From the human T2T-CHM13v2.0 reference genome, Homo sapiens, in assembly GCF_009914755.1 (NCBI RefSeq), contig NC_060947.1: a DNA stretch of 64,000 bases. One strand, given 5' to 3'. Below the pieces are notes generated by a model. It searched no databases and had not been told where the DNA came from. It saw only the letters and a list, made by a program, of their open reading frames with translations. Position 1 is the first letter of the stretch. The number at the start of each line of letters is the position of its first letter. Made by a program: the position numbers and the translations under genes. This document shows positions 1 through 16,140 of this stretch, piece after piece.

Positions 1-52
1 CAAAGAGAGAGAGAGGGAGGGAGAGGGAGGGACAGAGAACGAGAGAGAGAGA

Positions 53-2590
53 ACATTCATCAATCAATATAGTTGCAAAAATATGAATAAAGCAACATCA
101 AATCAATGTGTTAATAATACATCTAGACTACAAAATTTACCCCAGTAACAAAATGTTCAACATTAGGAAGGATAACAATGACATATAATATCTCATTATA
201 TTTTATAATTAAAATAAAGAAAAAAGGAAAGGCATGTGATCATCTGTAATGGATGTTGAAAACAGGAGAAAATTTAATGACCATTCTTGTTTTTAGAAAG
301 AATTCAAATTAGCTATCTATAAATACAAGATTTTCCTAAAGCTATGAAAATATTTCAAACTTAGGAAAAACATTAGAAACTCTGATTAGTTAAAAACAAG
401 TTTTTTAAAAAATGCTTTCTTTCATTTCAGCTCAACAATTAAACATTGAATAAGCATTATTAGCCAATGTTAAAAAAAAAAGACATAGAAGGGAAATATG
501 AAGGATAAATGCTGGAAAGAATGCAAAAATAGCCATGATTTGCACTGAATATTTTTTCTTTCTAAAATTTCAAGAAAATCAAATGATAAAGAAAAATAAG
601 TTTTATAAAGAGTACAGAAAGGTAATAAGAAATATGGTAATCACACAAAAATCATTTTCTAATATACTAGTAATAATCAATTAGGAAATATAATGTAAAA
701 AAGATCACATTCACATACGCAAAATAGCCTATGGATAAACCAAGAGTAAAATGTATAAGATTTAAATGGAGAAAATTATACAACTTCACTGAAAGCATGA
801 AAGACTATCTGAATAAGTAGCTGTAGATAACATGTGCTTGAGAAGTAAGACTCAGCACTGCAAAAAGATTACTTCTTCCAAAATTAACCTAAAAGGTCAG
901 TCCTAATCCTTGCCCCATTTAAATGTTTAATAAATCTTATAGTTTACCAAAAAATCTTATTCTGATGTTCATTAGGAATAGGAAATGTACAAAAATTTTA
1001 AAAGACTATTTTTAAATCATAGAAATTTTTCTTATGTATATGAAACATACTATAAAGAAATAAAATGATGTGACATTGGCAGAGGAATAAACACATAGAT
1101 CCTGAAAAAGAATAGAGTACAGACCCATCCCATAAGAGAATTTCTTAATATGAAAAAATGGAATTTCAAATCAATGGGGGAAAATGAATTATTTTACAAA
1201 TGGTGTTGGTACAAGTGTCTGTCACTCTGGAAAAAAAAAAACTAATATGCTATCCTTCACACCATACACAAAAATAAATTGCGAATGGGTGAAATATCTT
1301 AAGATTTAAAGTAAAACTACAAAAGTACCTGAAGAAAACAGAGTAGAGCATTTTCATATTCCTGATATGGGAGGGCCCTCTTAACCAAGACAATGAACTC
1401 AGAAACCACCAAAAAATGTTTGATGAAATTTGCTAAATGAAAGTAGAAAACTTCTACATTACAAAAGAGAGTATAGGCAGAGTTAAAAGATTAGCAAAAA
1501 CACTAAAGCAAAATATATTTGAGACATAGATCAGGCAAAGAATTGTCATCCATATTTTTTAAATCTTAAAAACTAAGAAAATGACAAACATAACAAAAAT
1601 AGGCAAAGAACATGAACAGATAGTTTACAAAATAAATTCAGATGGTCCATAAGTATGTGATAAAAGCACCTCACTAGTAATCATGAACATGAAAATTTGA
1701 CTTTTGCTACAATACCACTTTTCCCAAAATATTGTAAATACTGACAAATAACTTGATAGTTTGCAAGGGTATGGGGGAAAGGGGACTCTTACACATTGGT
1801 ATGGGGAAAAAGGGATTCTTACATGTTGTTAGTGGGGAGACAGTGTTACATCCTTTTTAAAGGACAATTTGGTAAAGTTATTAGAATTTTAAATGAATTG
1901 CACCCAGAAAATTCTAAATAAATTGCACCCAGAAAATTCTATCTCCAATCATATTTCCCACATAATGATCATATGTGGTGCCTAAAGAAATAGAGATCTT
2001 TTGTGACTTGCTTTCAAAAGTGAAAATCTGGAGTCTACCTATTTAGGAGTATTAGTAAAGATTAAATGAATTATGGTACATTCATATTATGGAATCCTGG
2101 AAACTGTATATTTATTTAAAAGGCTCAGACAGAAATACATGTAAGATAGAAACATCTCCAAGATACACAGTTTACAAAAACAAAAGAGATTATGGTTGGT
2201 TTCTTACCCTTCTTTGTCCTGTTTCCCTCAGTACCTTATCAGTTTCCCCCGGAACAGATCCTTAATAAATCACTTGCACATAAATCCTCATCTCAAGGTC
2301 TGTTTCTAGGCCAATCAACCTAAGTTATACTTCTACAGGAGTATGGTAGAATAGAAGGGAAATCTCCCCTTGGGGCCTACTGAACAGAACTTCTGCAAGA
2401 CATCCCTTTTAAATGAAACACCGTCTTGTGGATATATGAAAATGACCAAAAGTTTCTGAGAGGTTATAGCAAATTGTTAAAAAGCAGTATCTCGAGGAAC
2501 TAGGGTTGAGGGAAGGTGAAGGGGGATTTTTACTTTTTACTCTGCGTACTTCTATATTGCCTGAATTTTTTACAGTAATCCTAAATTCAA
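53..2590 (+). mobile_element. Old, highly decayed L1 (L1M/L1ME-type), ORF2 3' region plus 3' UTR
   Basis: A-rich L1-like motifs (tcacaccatacacaaaaataaatt, aaatggtgttgg, aattatggtacattcata) with no intact ORF; interrupted by an LTR fragment at ~2190-2326. Confidence 0.7.
2190..2326 (+). mobile_element. ERVL-type LTR 3' fragment (LTR16/LTR33-like)
   Basis: ccttaataaatcacttgcacataaatcctcatctcaaggtctgtttctagg...aacctaag resembles the typical 3' end of these LTRs. Confidence 0.5.
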
Positions 2591-2658
2591 ATATTCCAAG
2601 TGCAGTAAAAAAGAAAAAACTTTGTATTGGCTTTGTCACTGCCATTTTATCTGCATAA

Positions 2659-3868
<1,210 letters not shown>

Positions 3869-3934
3869 AATATGTGAGGTATTGCATATGTTAATTAGCT
3901 CAACTGAGCCATTCTACAACGTATACATATTTCA

Positions 3935-5596
3935 AAGACTGAAACTAGCCCCCTATCTCTAACCACATACAAAAATAAAATCAAGGGGGCTGGATGTGGT
4001 GGACCATGCCTGCCTATAATCCTAACACTTTGGGAGGCTGAGGCAGGAGAATTGCTTGAGGCCAGGAGTTCAAGACCAGCCTGGGCAACACAGATAGGCC
4101 ACCCCCTCACCCGCCCCGCCTACAAAGTGAAATAAAATAAAACAGCCAGACATGGTACCTGGTACCTGTAATCCCAGTGACTCCGGAGGCTGAGGCAGGA
4201 GGATCACTTGAGCCCAGAAGTTTGAGGGGCAGTGAGCTATGATCACACTGCTGCACTCCAGCCTGTCTCAAAAAACAAAACAACAACAACAAAAATAAAT
4301 AAAATGAAAATGGATCAAAGACTTAAATGTAAGACCTAAAACTATGAAACTACCAGAAGAAAACACCTGGGGAAATGCTCCAGGACATTGGTTTGGACAA
4401 AGATTTTTCTTGAGTAAGACCTCAAAACCACAGGCAAAATTTGACAAAAGCAAAAATTGACAAATAGGATTACGGCGAGCTAAAAAGCAGCTGCACAGCA
4501 AAGAAAACAATCAACAAAGTGAAGAGCAACCTATAAGAGAAAATATTCGAAACTATCCATCCAACAAAATATTAACAACCAGAATATACAAAGAACTCAG
4601 ACAAAATCACCAAAAAGTCCAGTTTTTTTTTTAATGGGCAAAAGATCTGAATAGATCTTTCTCAAAAAAAGACATACAAGTGGCAACAAGTATATGAAAA
4701 AAATGTTCAACATCACTAATTATAAGGAAGATGCAAATCAAAACCACAATGAGATATCATCTCACCCCAGTTAAAATGGAGTGTCTATAAAATATCTGTT
4801 GTTTAAAAAACAAAAACAAAAACCAAAAAACAGAAAATGACAGGTGCTGGCATGGATGTGGAGAAAGGAGAACACTAGCATGCTTTTGGTGGGAATGTAA
4901 ATTAGCAAGGCCACTATGGAGAACGGTATGGAGGTTCCTCAATAAACTAAAAATAGATCTATCATATGATCCAGCAATCCCGCTGCTGGTAATATATGGA
5001 AAGGAAAGGAAATCAGTATATAGAGGAGATATCTACCCCGTCATGTTTATTACAGCACTATTTATAATAGTCAAGATATGGAATCAACCTAAGTGTCCAT
5101 TAACAGATGAATAGATTTTTAAAATGCAGTATATACACACAATGGAATACTATTCATCTATAAAAAGAATGAAATCCTGTCATTTGCAGCATGATGCAGA
5201 AATACAAATATTAAACATTCCCATTCATATGTGGGAGCTAAAATGTTGATCTCATGAAGGTAGAAAGTAGCATGGTGGTTACCACAGGCTGGGAAGGGTA
5301 GGGAAGAGGTAGGATGAAGAGAAGTTGGGTTAATGGGTACAAAAATACAGTTAAATAGAAGGAATAAGTTCTAGTGTTTCATAACAGTAAGGCAACTATA
5401 ATTAACAAGAATTGATAGTGTATTTCAAAATAGCTAGAAAAGAAGATATCAAATATTCCCAATACGAAGAAATGATAAATGTTTGAGGTGATAGATACCC
5501 CAATTACCCTGATTTGAGCACTACACACTGTGTGCTTGTATCAAAATATCACATGTACCCCATAAATATGTATGACTATTATGCATCAATTAAAAA
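3935..5596 (+). mobile_element. 5'-truncated L1 (L1MA/L1PB-type) 3' end, inserted into another L1 3' end (3871-3934 and 5597-5900)
   Basis: Canonical L1 ORF2-end/3' UTR motifs (gacttaaatgtaagacctaaaactatgaaact, caaaaccacaatgagatatcatctcacc); host L1 tail resumes at tcatgttgcacatgataaat. Confidence 0.85.
3988..4300 (+). mobile_element. AluJ
   Basis: Diverged dimer (ttgcttgaggccaggagttcaagaccagcctgggcaaca; ggaggatcacttgagccc). Confidence 0.85.
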
Positions 5597-5614
5597 TCAT
5601 GTTGCACATGATAA

Positions 5615-5876
<262 letters not shown>

Positions 5877-5899
5877 TATTTTTTATTTTTCAATTCAAA

Positions 5900-6018
5900 A
5901 AGAAACAGAGAGAGAAAGAGGGTGGTAGAAAGAGAGAGAGAGAGAGAAAAGGGGAAGAAAAAAGAAAGAAAGAGAAGAAAGGAAAGAAAGAAAGAAAGAA
6001 AGAAAGAAAGAAAAAAAA
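5900..6018 (+). repeat. GA-rich / (GAAA)n simple repeat
   Basis: Direct reading of the sequence. Confidence 0.9.
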
Positions 6019-6909
6019 GTTTAAAAACAATGTCAAGGACAGAAAGAAACCGCAAAACTTCCTACTGTTAACAAAAAAGATTATGCACTTATTTTTAAAT
6101 TGATAATGTTGGTATCATATCATTATGATACTCCACATACTAGCTATTCTACTGAATATTTCTGTTTAGAGGAACAATGTTACAGTTTTATTTGTAACTG
6201 TGTAGCTAATGGTAGTTAGCAAATGTTTATTAAAGTAAGCACAATTGTCTTCAGAGCAGTGTTCCAGAAGGTGGGCCTTTTAGAGTTCCAGCCTCTACAG
6301 AAATGAGGCTTTACCGTGTGTCATTTTGAAAGAGAGAAAGAAGCTCATGAAGTTATTTCAGTCAATGCCAAGAAGGGAACAGTTTCTTCTAGAATGTAGA
6401 CTCTTCAGCTGACAGATTTCGGTATCAAGGTGACCCTGCTTACTCTTGTTTGAAGTAGCAGAAAGCAGCAGTAAAGAGGCAGGCAACAGCTGAACAGGTT
6501 AGGAAGAAATGTCTTCAGAGAACATTCTGCTATGGAAACAAGCAAGGGAGTCTGCTTTCTCTGACCAATTACCCATGACCTTTAGAAACTGCATCTTGGA
6601 ATTCAGCTGATCTTCCATTGTGTGCTTTGAACCACTCTTTATTTTGTTAACTCCTGAAAAGACTGTTACTAATATTTGGTACAATTCTGAAATTTGTGGA
6701 GTTTTTAAAAATGCTTTTATGTCGGTTGAAATAATTATATTAAGAGACCCAAATAGACATTCCCACAGGAATCTGAAAATTGTCAGCTGATTTACTTGGT
6801 ACCTGGACAATCAACAGAGGAATTTATTTCTGATAGCTGTTTCCCAACATGTTCGGAAATCAAATACAAAAACTGAGATCCACACAACAGGCTAGTTCCC
6901 TTTTATAAT

Positions 6910-7085
6910 TGCAAATACTTATTGAGCACTTAACATGTACCAGGCACTGTGCTAAGCACTTTACATAGAATATCATGTTAATCCTTACAGCAACCCTACA
7001 TGGTAGGTACTATTTTACTACCATTCTGCAGATGAGAAAACTTAAACACAGAGCAGTTAAGTAACTTGCTCCAAGTCACACAGCA
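6910..7085 (-). mobile_element. MIR
   Basis: ttattgagcacttaacatgtaccaggcactgtgctaagcactttaca...cagatgagaaaact...gttaagtaacttgc core. Confidence 0.85.
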
Positions 7086-7747
7086 TTAAAATACAGCAGG
7101 TCAATTTGTTTGTAAATGACAGATCTGGGATTGGAATGAAGGTGTTTGTGGTGATTAATGGTTGAAAGCAGGCCATTTCCATTTCCATTGCAATTTGTTA
7201 CCCACTAGTAGCTCCTAGTATAAATGTATTCTCCAGGATCTATAATGTAGATTTATATTAACAAATAATTATTGTGGTGAATGTTTGCATGTTAAAAATG
7301 GTAGGCTGAACTTCCTGTTGGGTACTTTTCAGTTTCAAACATGTACTTCTGCAAATCAATAATCCTTCTTCTCTTTCTATTCTTCATTTTTCCTTAGGGG
7401 ACATGGTCAGTTGCTTGGGCATATTACTATAAATGAAAGAATTGGTCAGAGACACCTTCAAAATGCAACTCTTTAATTTTTTTTAAAAATTGTTCCTCAA
7501 AGGGCAAATGAGGACTACTCTAAAATTACATCCTCAGGTCAGGAAATAAACACAAATCATCCAAGCTAGTTTAAAAATTGTCATGAAAGGAAGAAGCCAA
7601 GAATTAATTATGTTAAATTTAATGAAGTTTATCAAGCATTTATGCCAACAGCAGTAGGGAGTAAATGCAGAGTCCATTAAAACTGATTCTGTATTTTGGG
7701 GACTTTCTATTACAACATAAGCTTTATAAGGGGCCAAGGCTTGTCTG

Positions 7748-9456
7748 GTTTTTTTTTTTTAATTTTTTTTATTTTACTTTAAGTTCTGGGGTACATGTGT
7801 AGAACGTGCAGGTTTGTTACATAGGTATACACATGCCATGGTGGTTTGCTGCACCCATCAACCTGTCACCTGCATTAGGTATTTCTCCTAATGCTATCCC
7901 TCCCCTAGTCCCCCACCCCCTGACAGGCCCCGGTGTGTGATGTTTCCCTCCCAGTCCATGTGTTCTCATTGTTCAACTCCCACTTATAAGTGAGAACATG
8001 CGGTGTTTGGTTTTCTGTTCTTGTGATAGTTTGCTGAGAATGATGGTTTCCAGCTTCATCCATGTCCCTGCAAAGGACATGAACTCATCCTTTTTTATGG
8101 CTGCATAGTATTCCATGGCGTATATGTGCCACATTTTCTTTATCCAGTCTATCATTGATGGACATCTGGGTCGGTTCCAAGTCTTTGCTATTGTGAATAG
8201 TGCTGCAATAAACACGCGTGTGCATGTGTCTTTATAGAATGATTTATAATCCTTTGGGTATATACCCAGTAATCAGATTGCTGGGTCAAATGGTATTTCT
8301 AGTTCTAGATCCTCGAGGAATTGCCACACTGTCTTCCACAATGGTTGAACTAATTTACACTCCCACCAACAGTGTAAAAGTGTTCCTATTTCTCCACATC
8401 CTCTCCAGCATCTATTGTTTCCTGACTTTTCAATGATCTCCATTCTATCTCGCACGAGATCGTATCTCATTGTGGTTTTGGTTTGCATTTCTCTAATGAC
8501 CAGTGATGATGAGTATTTTTTCATACGTCTGTTGGCTGCATAAATGTCTTCTTTTAAGAAGTGTCTGTTCATATCCTTTGCCCAATTTTTGATGGGGTTG
8601 TTTCTCATAAATTTTAAGTTCTTTGTAGATTCTGGATATTAGACCTTTGTCAAATGGATAGATTGCAAAAATCTTCTCCCATCCTGTAGGTTGCCTGTTC
8701 ATTCTGATGATAGTTTCTTTTTTTTTTTTTTTTTGAGATGGAGTCTCGCTCTGTCACCCAGTCTGGAGTGCAATGACGTGATCTCAGCTCACTGCAACCT
8801 CCGCCTCCCGGGTTCACGCCATTCTCCTGGCTCAGCCTCCTGAGTAGCTGGGACTACAGGCGCCCGCCACCACGCCCGGCTAATTTTTTGTATTTTTAGT
8901 AGAGACAGGGTTTCACCGTGTTACCCATGTTGGTCTTGATCTCCTGACCTCGTGATCCACCCGTCTTGGCTTCCCAAAGTGCTGGGATTACAGGCGTGAG
9001 CCACCGTGCCCGGCCTCTGATGATAGTTTCTTTCGCTGTGCAGAAGCTCGTTAGTTTAATTAGGTCCCATTTGTCAATTTTGGCTTTTGTTGCCATTGCT
9101 TTTGCTGATTTAGACATGAAGTCTTTGCCCATGCCTATGTCCTGAATGATATTGCCCAGTTTTTCTTCTAGGATTTTTGTGGTTTTAGGTCTTACGTTTA
9201 AGTCTTTAATCCACCTTGAGTTGATTTTTGTATAAGGTATAAGGAAGGGATCTAGTTTCAGTTTTCTGCATATGGCTAGCCAGTTTTCCCAACAGCATTT
9301 ATTAAATAGGGAATCTTTTCCCCATTGCTTGTTTGTGTTAGGTTTGTCAAAGATCAGATGGTTGTAGATGTGTGGCATTATTTCTGAGGCCTCTGTTCTG
9401 TTCCATTGGTCTATATATCTGTTTTGGTACCAGTATCCTGCCATTTTGGTTACTGT
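7748..9456 (-). mobile_element. 5'-truncated L1PA inserted into an L2 3' end
   Basis: L1PA 3' UTR and ORF2 C-terminal remnants (ORFs 7973-8215, 8273-8608, 8896-9444); TSD aaggcttgtctg at 7736-7747 and 9457-9468; L2 tail continues to ~9545. Confidence 0.93.
8718..9015 (-). mobile_element. AluY/AluSc-type element inside the L1PA
   Basis: Full dimer; TSD tctgatgatagtttc at 8703-8717 and 9016-9030. Confidence 0.93.
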
Positions 9457-9804
9457 AAGGCTTGTCTGTTTTATACAGTGACGTATCTCTAGCGTTTAGG
9501 ATAGTGTCTGGCATATGGCAGATGTTCAGTATATATTTGATGATTTCGTTAATTCGCATCATGTATTACCATACTAAAACATGATAAACATATTGGTTGG
9601 CAGAAGATGGTGTTGATTGCATCATTTCATTGTTACTCATTATTGAATAGTATTATATGTAACAGTGATCTCCTCTAATCAATGATACCTTCACGCTTAT
9701 AATTTTCTGCTTGTCTGGGACAATAAGGTGGTTATGGTATTGACAGGGGAGGAAATAAAACAGAGCATTTCTCTGACAACCCCTCCCTTCCAAAATACCT
9801 CACT

Positions 9805-10078
9805 GCAGCACTATTCACAGTGTGGTCAGCAGGCTGGTCCTGGGCTATGAATTCCATGTTGCCAGTCCAACAAAGAATTAGCTACAGAAACTGAGGAGTA
9901 AACAGAAACTTATATAGCAATTTTATATTGCAGCAACATCTAGGAATCCATGTTTATTGTGATTTTTCAAAATTACCAGACTTTGGTACATTAGAAATTT
10001 AAAACAAAAACCTTCTTTTATTGGCTCTTGGGGACCAGCAGGACTAACATTATAAATCAGCTGGAGCTGCTTGGAGCA
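9805..10078. mobile_element. hAT-Charlie-type non-autonomous DNA element
   Basis: Begins cagcactattcacagtgtggtc and ends ctgcttggagcaa, resembling decayed Charlie TIRs. Confidence 0.4.
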
Positions 10079-10288
10079 ATCTACGTTTCTGTGATTTGCA
10101 TAGAAAGAAGGCTGTCCATCCCAAAATATAAACCACACCTCATGTCAGACCATTCTTGTAACCTAACTCCTTTGAGTACTGAAGGCTTGTGATGTTTAAG
10201 AAACCCCCTACTAAGCACAAATACCTCTAATGGAAATCTTGTTTATATCCACTAACTCTTAACACCTTAATCATCACCTCCCATGATA

Positions 10289-10381
10289 TTAATCCTTACA
10301 GCAACCCTACATGGTAGGTACTATTTTACTACCATTCTGCAGATGAGAAAACTTAAACACAGAGCAGTTAAGTAACTTGCT
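10289..10381 (+). repeat. Exact 93-bp direct duplicate of 6978-7070 (MIR fragment)
   Basis: Base-by-base identical: ttaatccttacagcaaccctac...gttaagtaacttgct. Confidence 0.97.
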
Positions 10382-10461
10382 TAATAAAGAGGAAAGGTGA
10401 CAAGACGACTGCTACTGAAATATAATAAAGGGGAAATGTGACAAGACGATTGGTACTGAAA
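10382..10461 (+). repeat. Tandem duplication, 41-bp period
   Basis: taataaagaggaaaggtgacaagacgactgctactgaaa vs taataaaggggaaatgtgacaagacgattggtactgaaa; 4 mismatches in 39 bp. Confidence 0.9.
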
Positions 10462-10757
10462 GTGTCTAAGAACCTTGAATCATAGTAATAGTAGCAACAG
10501 TGGCTCCCAGTGGTAGGACCTAGAAATAGGACAAAACTGCAAAATTTAAAAGCCACTGCTACTGCTCATTTCCCAGATGTTGCGGTGACCCATGATTTCT
10601 AACCATCTGAGTAGTATTTGGATACCTATTATTTTAGTTTATCCCAATGTAAAAATTTATTAGTACATCAAATTCAACCAGCAGTTTACTATGATCCGTG
10701 ACTTTGTTACTTTAAAAGATCCTGTTGACATAGCAATATCTTTAACCATCTCCACTT

Positions 10758-11087
10758 TGTCAGTTAGATATCAACATAAAAAAATGCAGCAAAGCAAACC
10801 ACCCTGACAGCGGGCGCAAAAAACAGCAATGATTTCTCCTTGTTCTCACATCTGCAGTTTGGCTGAGGGCTGGCCGATCTGGGACGACCTCAGATGGGCT
10901 TGGTGCCACGACTCAGATTGCATCCAAGTGAGCACTATATCTCTTTCATCTTTTTCTTATGGTGCAGAAGCACAAGAGGGTGAGCAGGTACACATGGTGA
11001 CTCTTAAGAATTCAACTCAAAACTGGCATACTATCACTTCTCCCCACATTTCACGGGCCAAGGCAAGTGAAATGGCCAAGCCCAGAA
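10758..11087 (-). mobile_element. Old MaLR LTR (MLT1-type)
   Basis: MLT1-like motifs (cacatttcacgggccaaggcaagtgaaatggccaagccc). Confidence 0.6.
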
Positions 11088-11096
11088 AGAATGCTC

Positions 11097-11992
<896 letters not shown>

Positions 11993-12357
11993 CTACCTGG
12001 CACAGTTCTTGACACAACCAGGCACTCAGTAATATCAGTTTAAAAATTAAATAGTGATGGTTTGTTTATCATATTTTTTAATCAATTACGGACACTTAAA
12101 GTCTTCCAAACTACTATTGATGCATGATTAGTATACTGACTTCTAGCACAGTGGGGACTCTAGCGATGTGCTATCCACATCAAGTACATATCAAGGGCAT
12201 ACTATTCAAATTTTCAGATGCCATAATGTTTGAAAGTAATGCATTGGATGATATCATTAAAATCCAAAATATTGAGTTGGAATAAAAACGTAACATTTTA
12301 AGAGGATAAGTAGCAAATCCTACATTTAGGCACTAAAATTTCATTTTAAAAAGTTTA

Positions 12358-12660
12358 GGCCAGGCATGGTGGCTCATGCCTGTAATCCCAGCACTTTGGA
12401 AGGCCAAGCCAGGCGAGTTGCTTGAGCCCAGGAGTTCGAAACCAGCTTGGGCAACATGGCAAAACCCTGTTGCTACGAAAAATACCAAAAGTAGCTGGAT
12501 GCAGTGGCGCTCACCTGTAGTCCCAGCTACTCGGGAGACTGAGGAAGGAGGATCGCTTGAGTTCAGGAGGTCAAGGCTGCAGTGAGCCGTGATCACAACA
12601 CTGCACTCCTGCCTGGGTGACGGAATGAGACCCTGTCTCAAAAAATAAATAAGCAAATAA
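12358..12660 (+). mobile_element. AluJ
   Basis: J diagnostics (ttgcttgagcccaggagttc; aggtcaaggctgcagtgagc); TSD taaaaagttta. Confidence 0.92.
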
Positions 12661-12862
12661 TAAAAAGTTTAGAATGAAGGGCCACACTTGACCTCAGATC
12701 ACTGGAAAAAGATGTGAAGTTTTAGATAATCACGAGATTAATTGGAGCCCACAATATAATATGTCCAATAAAAACATAAAAATGCAATGTTTATCCTACA
12801 TGCACAGGTGTATAGTATCATCAAATCATGCAGTCTAATAGCACTGGTAAGAACATATCTCA

Positions 12863-13530
<668 letters not shown>

Positions 13531-13834
13531 TTTAATTTGAAATAAGGCTGATCTGGTGTCATTTAACCTCTCTACCAGATTCAAGGTTACATCTGGTGCT
13601 TTGATTCAAGGGATCAAAGTACCCATTATCAGGTACGTAGTGGACAATCAAAAATGTTTGCTGAATCATTGTCATAAATTGGCTCTTTAGGAAAAATAAT
13701 GGAAGCATTGCATGAAAAAGGAAATGCAGAGTAGCATGAATATGTACTTGGTGGAATATAAACATAAAATAATAACAACCTAGAGAGCTTTCTGTTTGTC
13801 AGAGACTGTGAGTGTGTAATGATGCGTTTAGTCC

Positions 13835-13948
13835 TGGCCACAAATCCTACAAGGTGTGTGCTATTATTATCCCCATTTTATGGATGAAGAAACTGGGGCA
13901 CAGAGAGGTTAAGAAACTTGCTGGAGGTTATGTAACTAGTGAGCAGTA
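13835..13948 (-). mobile_element. MIR
   Basis: attattatccccattttatggatgaagaaactggggcacagagaggttaag core. Confidence 0.8.
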
Positions 13949-15644
13949 GGGATTGGAGAAAGAGAGCTGTTGGGAATGTCAAAAGAAACTCTATTTTAAA
14001 CTTTTATATGAGTTAGTTAGAAAAATAATGTGCAGAGTACCAAACTGAATAGAAAACAAAGTCAAGGTTATTTTCCAGTGGAAACTGAATTACTGGCAAA
14101 TATTGCCAAAATGAGAGTCACAAATTCATTTCAAAGAAAGTAAAGCTAGAAATTTTCTATTTTAATTATTTTTCAGTACAAACTCTTTTGTTAGCAACTC
14201 ATGTGCTTGCCCTATCATTCCAGGAAAATATATAAGTTTTTTTCTTTTTTCTCTTCTTTTAATGTAGCAATTGTTATCCTTTTATTACTGATAGAAGCAA
14301 ACATTTAGTTTCAAATTGTAAAACCATTATTATCTTTCCAGTAATTAGTTCTATTTCTGTGGCTGTGGTTTGTACAATACTGCTTTTTATATCTTGAAGT
14401 ACAAATAAAACTGTTTTTAGACTCTTCCTTGTGATGTTAAACACAAAGAATAAAATAAATAAGTTCTGTTCACTGTCAAGATTTATCTGTTTCAAATTTT
14501 TCTAAAGTATAAACATTATTAATGAAGCACTTAACATTAAACTTCCAACAGTCTGGTATAAAAACGACAACAATAATCTGCTAGATAAAGAGAAACATGG
14601 GAAATGTATTTTCGTGGGAGCTAGGGAGGAATTTATGCACTTTTAATGGAACTTTATAGGTTCTGGGTTCCATTATTGTGTCAGAGATATGAAGAAAGGA
14701 AAGTTGAGTAATATTTTTAATTGATTCCATAGAGTTTAGAAAATAATAGTGTAGATCTGGGGATGACTAAGAGTTAGAGTGGGTGAGAGAAAATTTTCTT
14801 ATTAAATGTACAAGCTGATCTTGAGATCCAAAGGAAATACAGCAATAAAAACAGGGACACCATCTTGCTCCCTCTTGGTACAATTGCAGGAAGTAAAGGG
14901 GCCATGCTGGGAAAGAGAGTTGTCAGTGAACTCAAATTTAGGAACCCACTGGATAATCTGTGTTAGCAGAAGAGAGGGAAGGACCTGTCAAGGCTGTCCC
15001 TAATGGGAACTGAGTTTGTGCTAAAGCCTGCTAATGGAAAAAGAAATGCTGAATTTTGAAATGATGATCAAGGCTTTTCAGTTCAAAAGCATGTATACGG
15101 GAAGCAAAGTAGGATGCTTTTGTGAGCAGGAAGCAACAGAATAAAAAAATAGGACTTCTTTGCTGTATATGATGTTAGTAGCATATCCGAGTTTTCAAAG
15201 ATCAAATTTTACATTTATCTTTTTGCCTATTTCATACATCTTCATCTATATAGATGATGCAACTGATCCACCTGATGATAGGACATAAATATGGAGTCTT
15301 TACGTTTTTGGAGACGTAATGGGCTGAGCCCATCCAGACTCTCGAAACCTTATCTCTGTTACAGCCAAGCACAACTACTTAGAAGATTATTGACCATGGT
15401 TTAAAATAGCATTTTTTCCCCAACAAACCTGATTTCTTCATTTCAGAGACATATGGGCCCCAGTATAAATCATAAAGTTAACACAAGTCCTACACATATA
15501 GAGCTCATAAACATATTCACCCATTTTAATAGATATTGGCCTTATATGAAAGATTTTTCTTTCTAAAAAAAAGTACTTATTGCTGAAGAATTAGATATAA
15601 CTTTATGAAACTGTCAGATTTTTAAGTTTAAGAATTAGCATGAT

Positions 15645-16085
15645 AACTGTACATTTGTCCCTCTCACCCACCCTTGCTGTGTGCCAGAAGGCTACCCTAG
15701 TTGGACTGCACCAGTGGGCTTTGCTAGTTATAGGCTCCATTTGGCCACTAGGAGCACTGGCAGGTTAGGTGGGAGGGAGTTGAGGCTAGAGTATTGAATC
15801 CTCCAGCTCCCTCTCTGCACAGTCACCTAATGTTGGCTGCTTTCCTCCATCAAAAGCTACAGCTTCTACTACCCTTCCACCCCCTCCACACTGCCTTCTC
15901 GGACTCCACCTCCCAATAACATTTCCCTCCTCCTTATTACCTTAAGCCCTGAGGTGATAACAACATTCAGTACCTACCACCCTGGAGTATGCCAATCCTC
16001 TGTGATTTTACACTTTGACCATTCGTTTATATATTTATTTATTAAACTATCCTCAAATAACCCAGTTTGATGATGCCTTCTTGAC
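15645..16085 (+). mobile_element. ERVL LTR (LTR33-like)
   Basis: cacccttgctgtgtgccagaaggct...ggagcactggcagg...ttattaaactatcctcaaataacccagtttga. Confidence 0.55.
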
Positions 16086-16140
16086 ACTAAATTATTTAAA
16101 TACCTGGAAAATTTACTAATACATGAGAAACAAAAGCATC

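Noticed and set aside
7973-9444. ORFs resembling the L1 ORF2 C-terminus (up to 182 aa)
   Set aside because: Fragments of a 5'-truncated L1PA, broken by frameshifts and an Alu; not a host gene.
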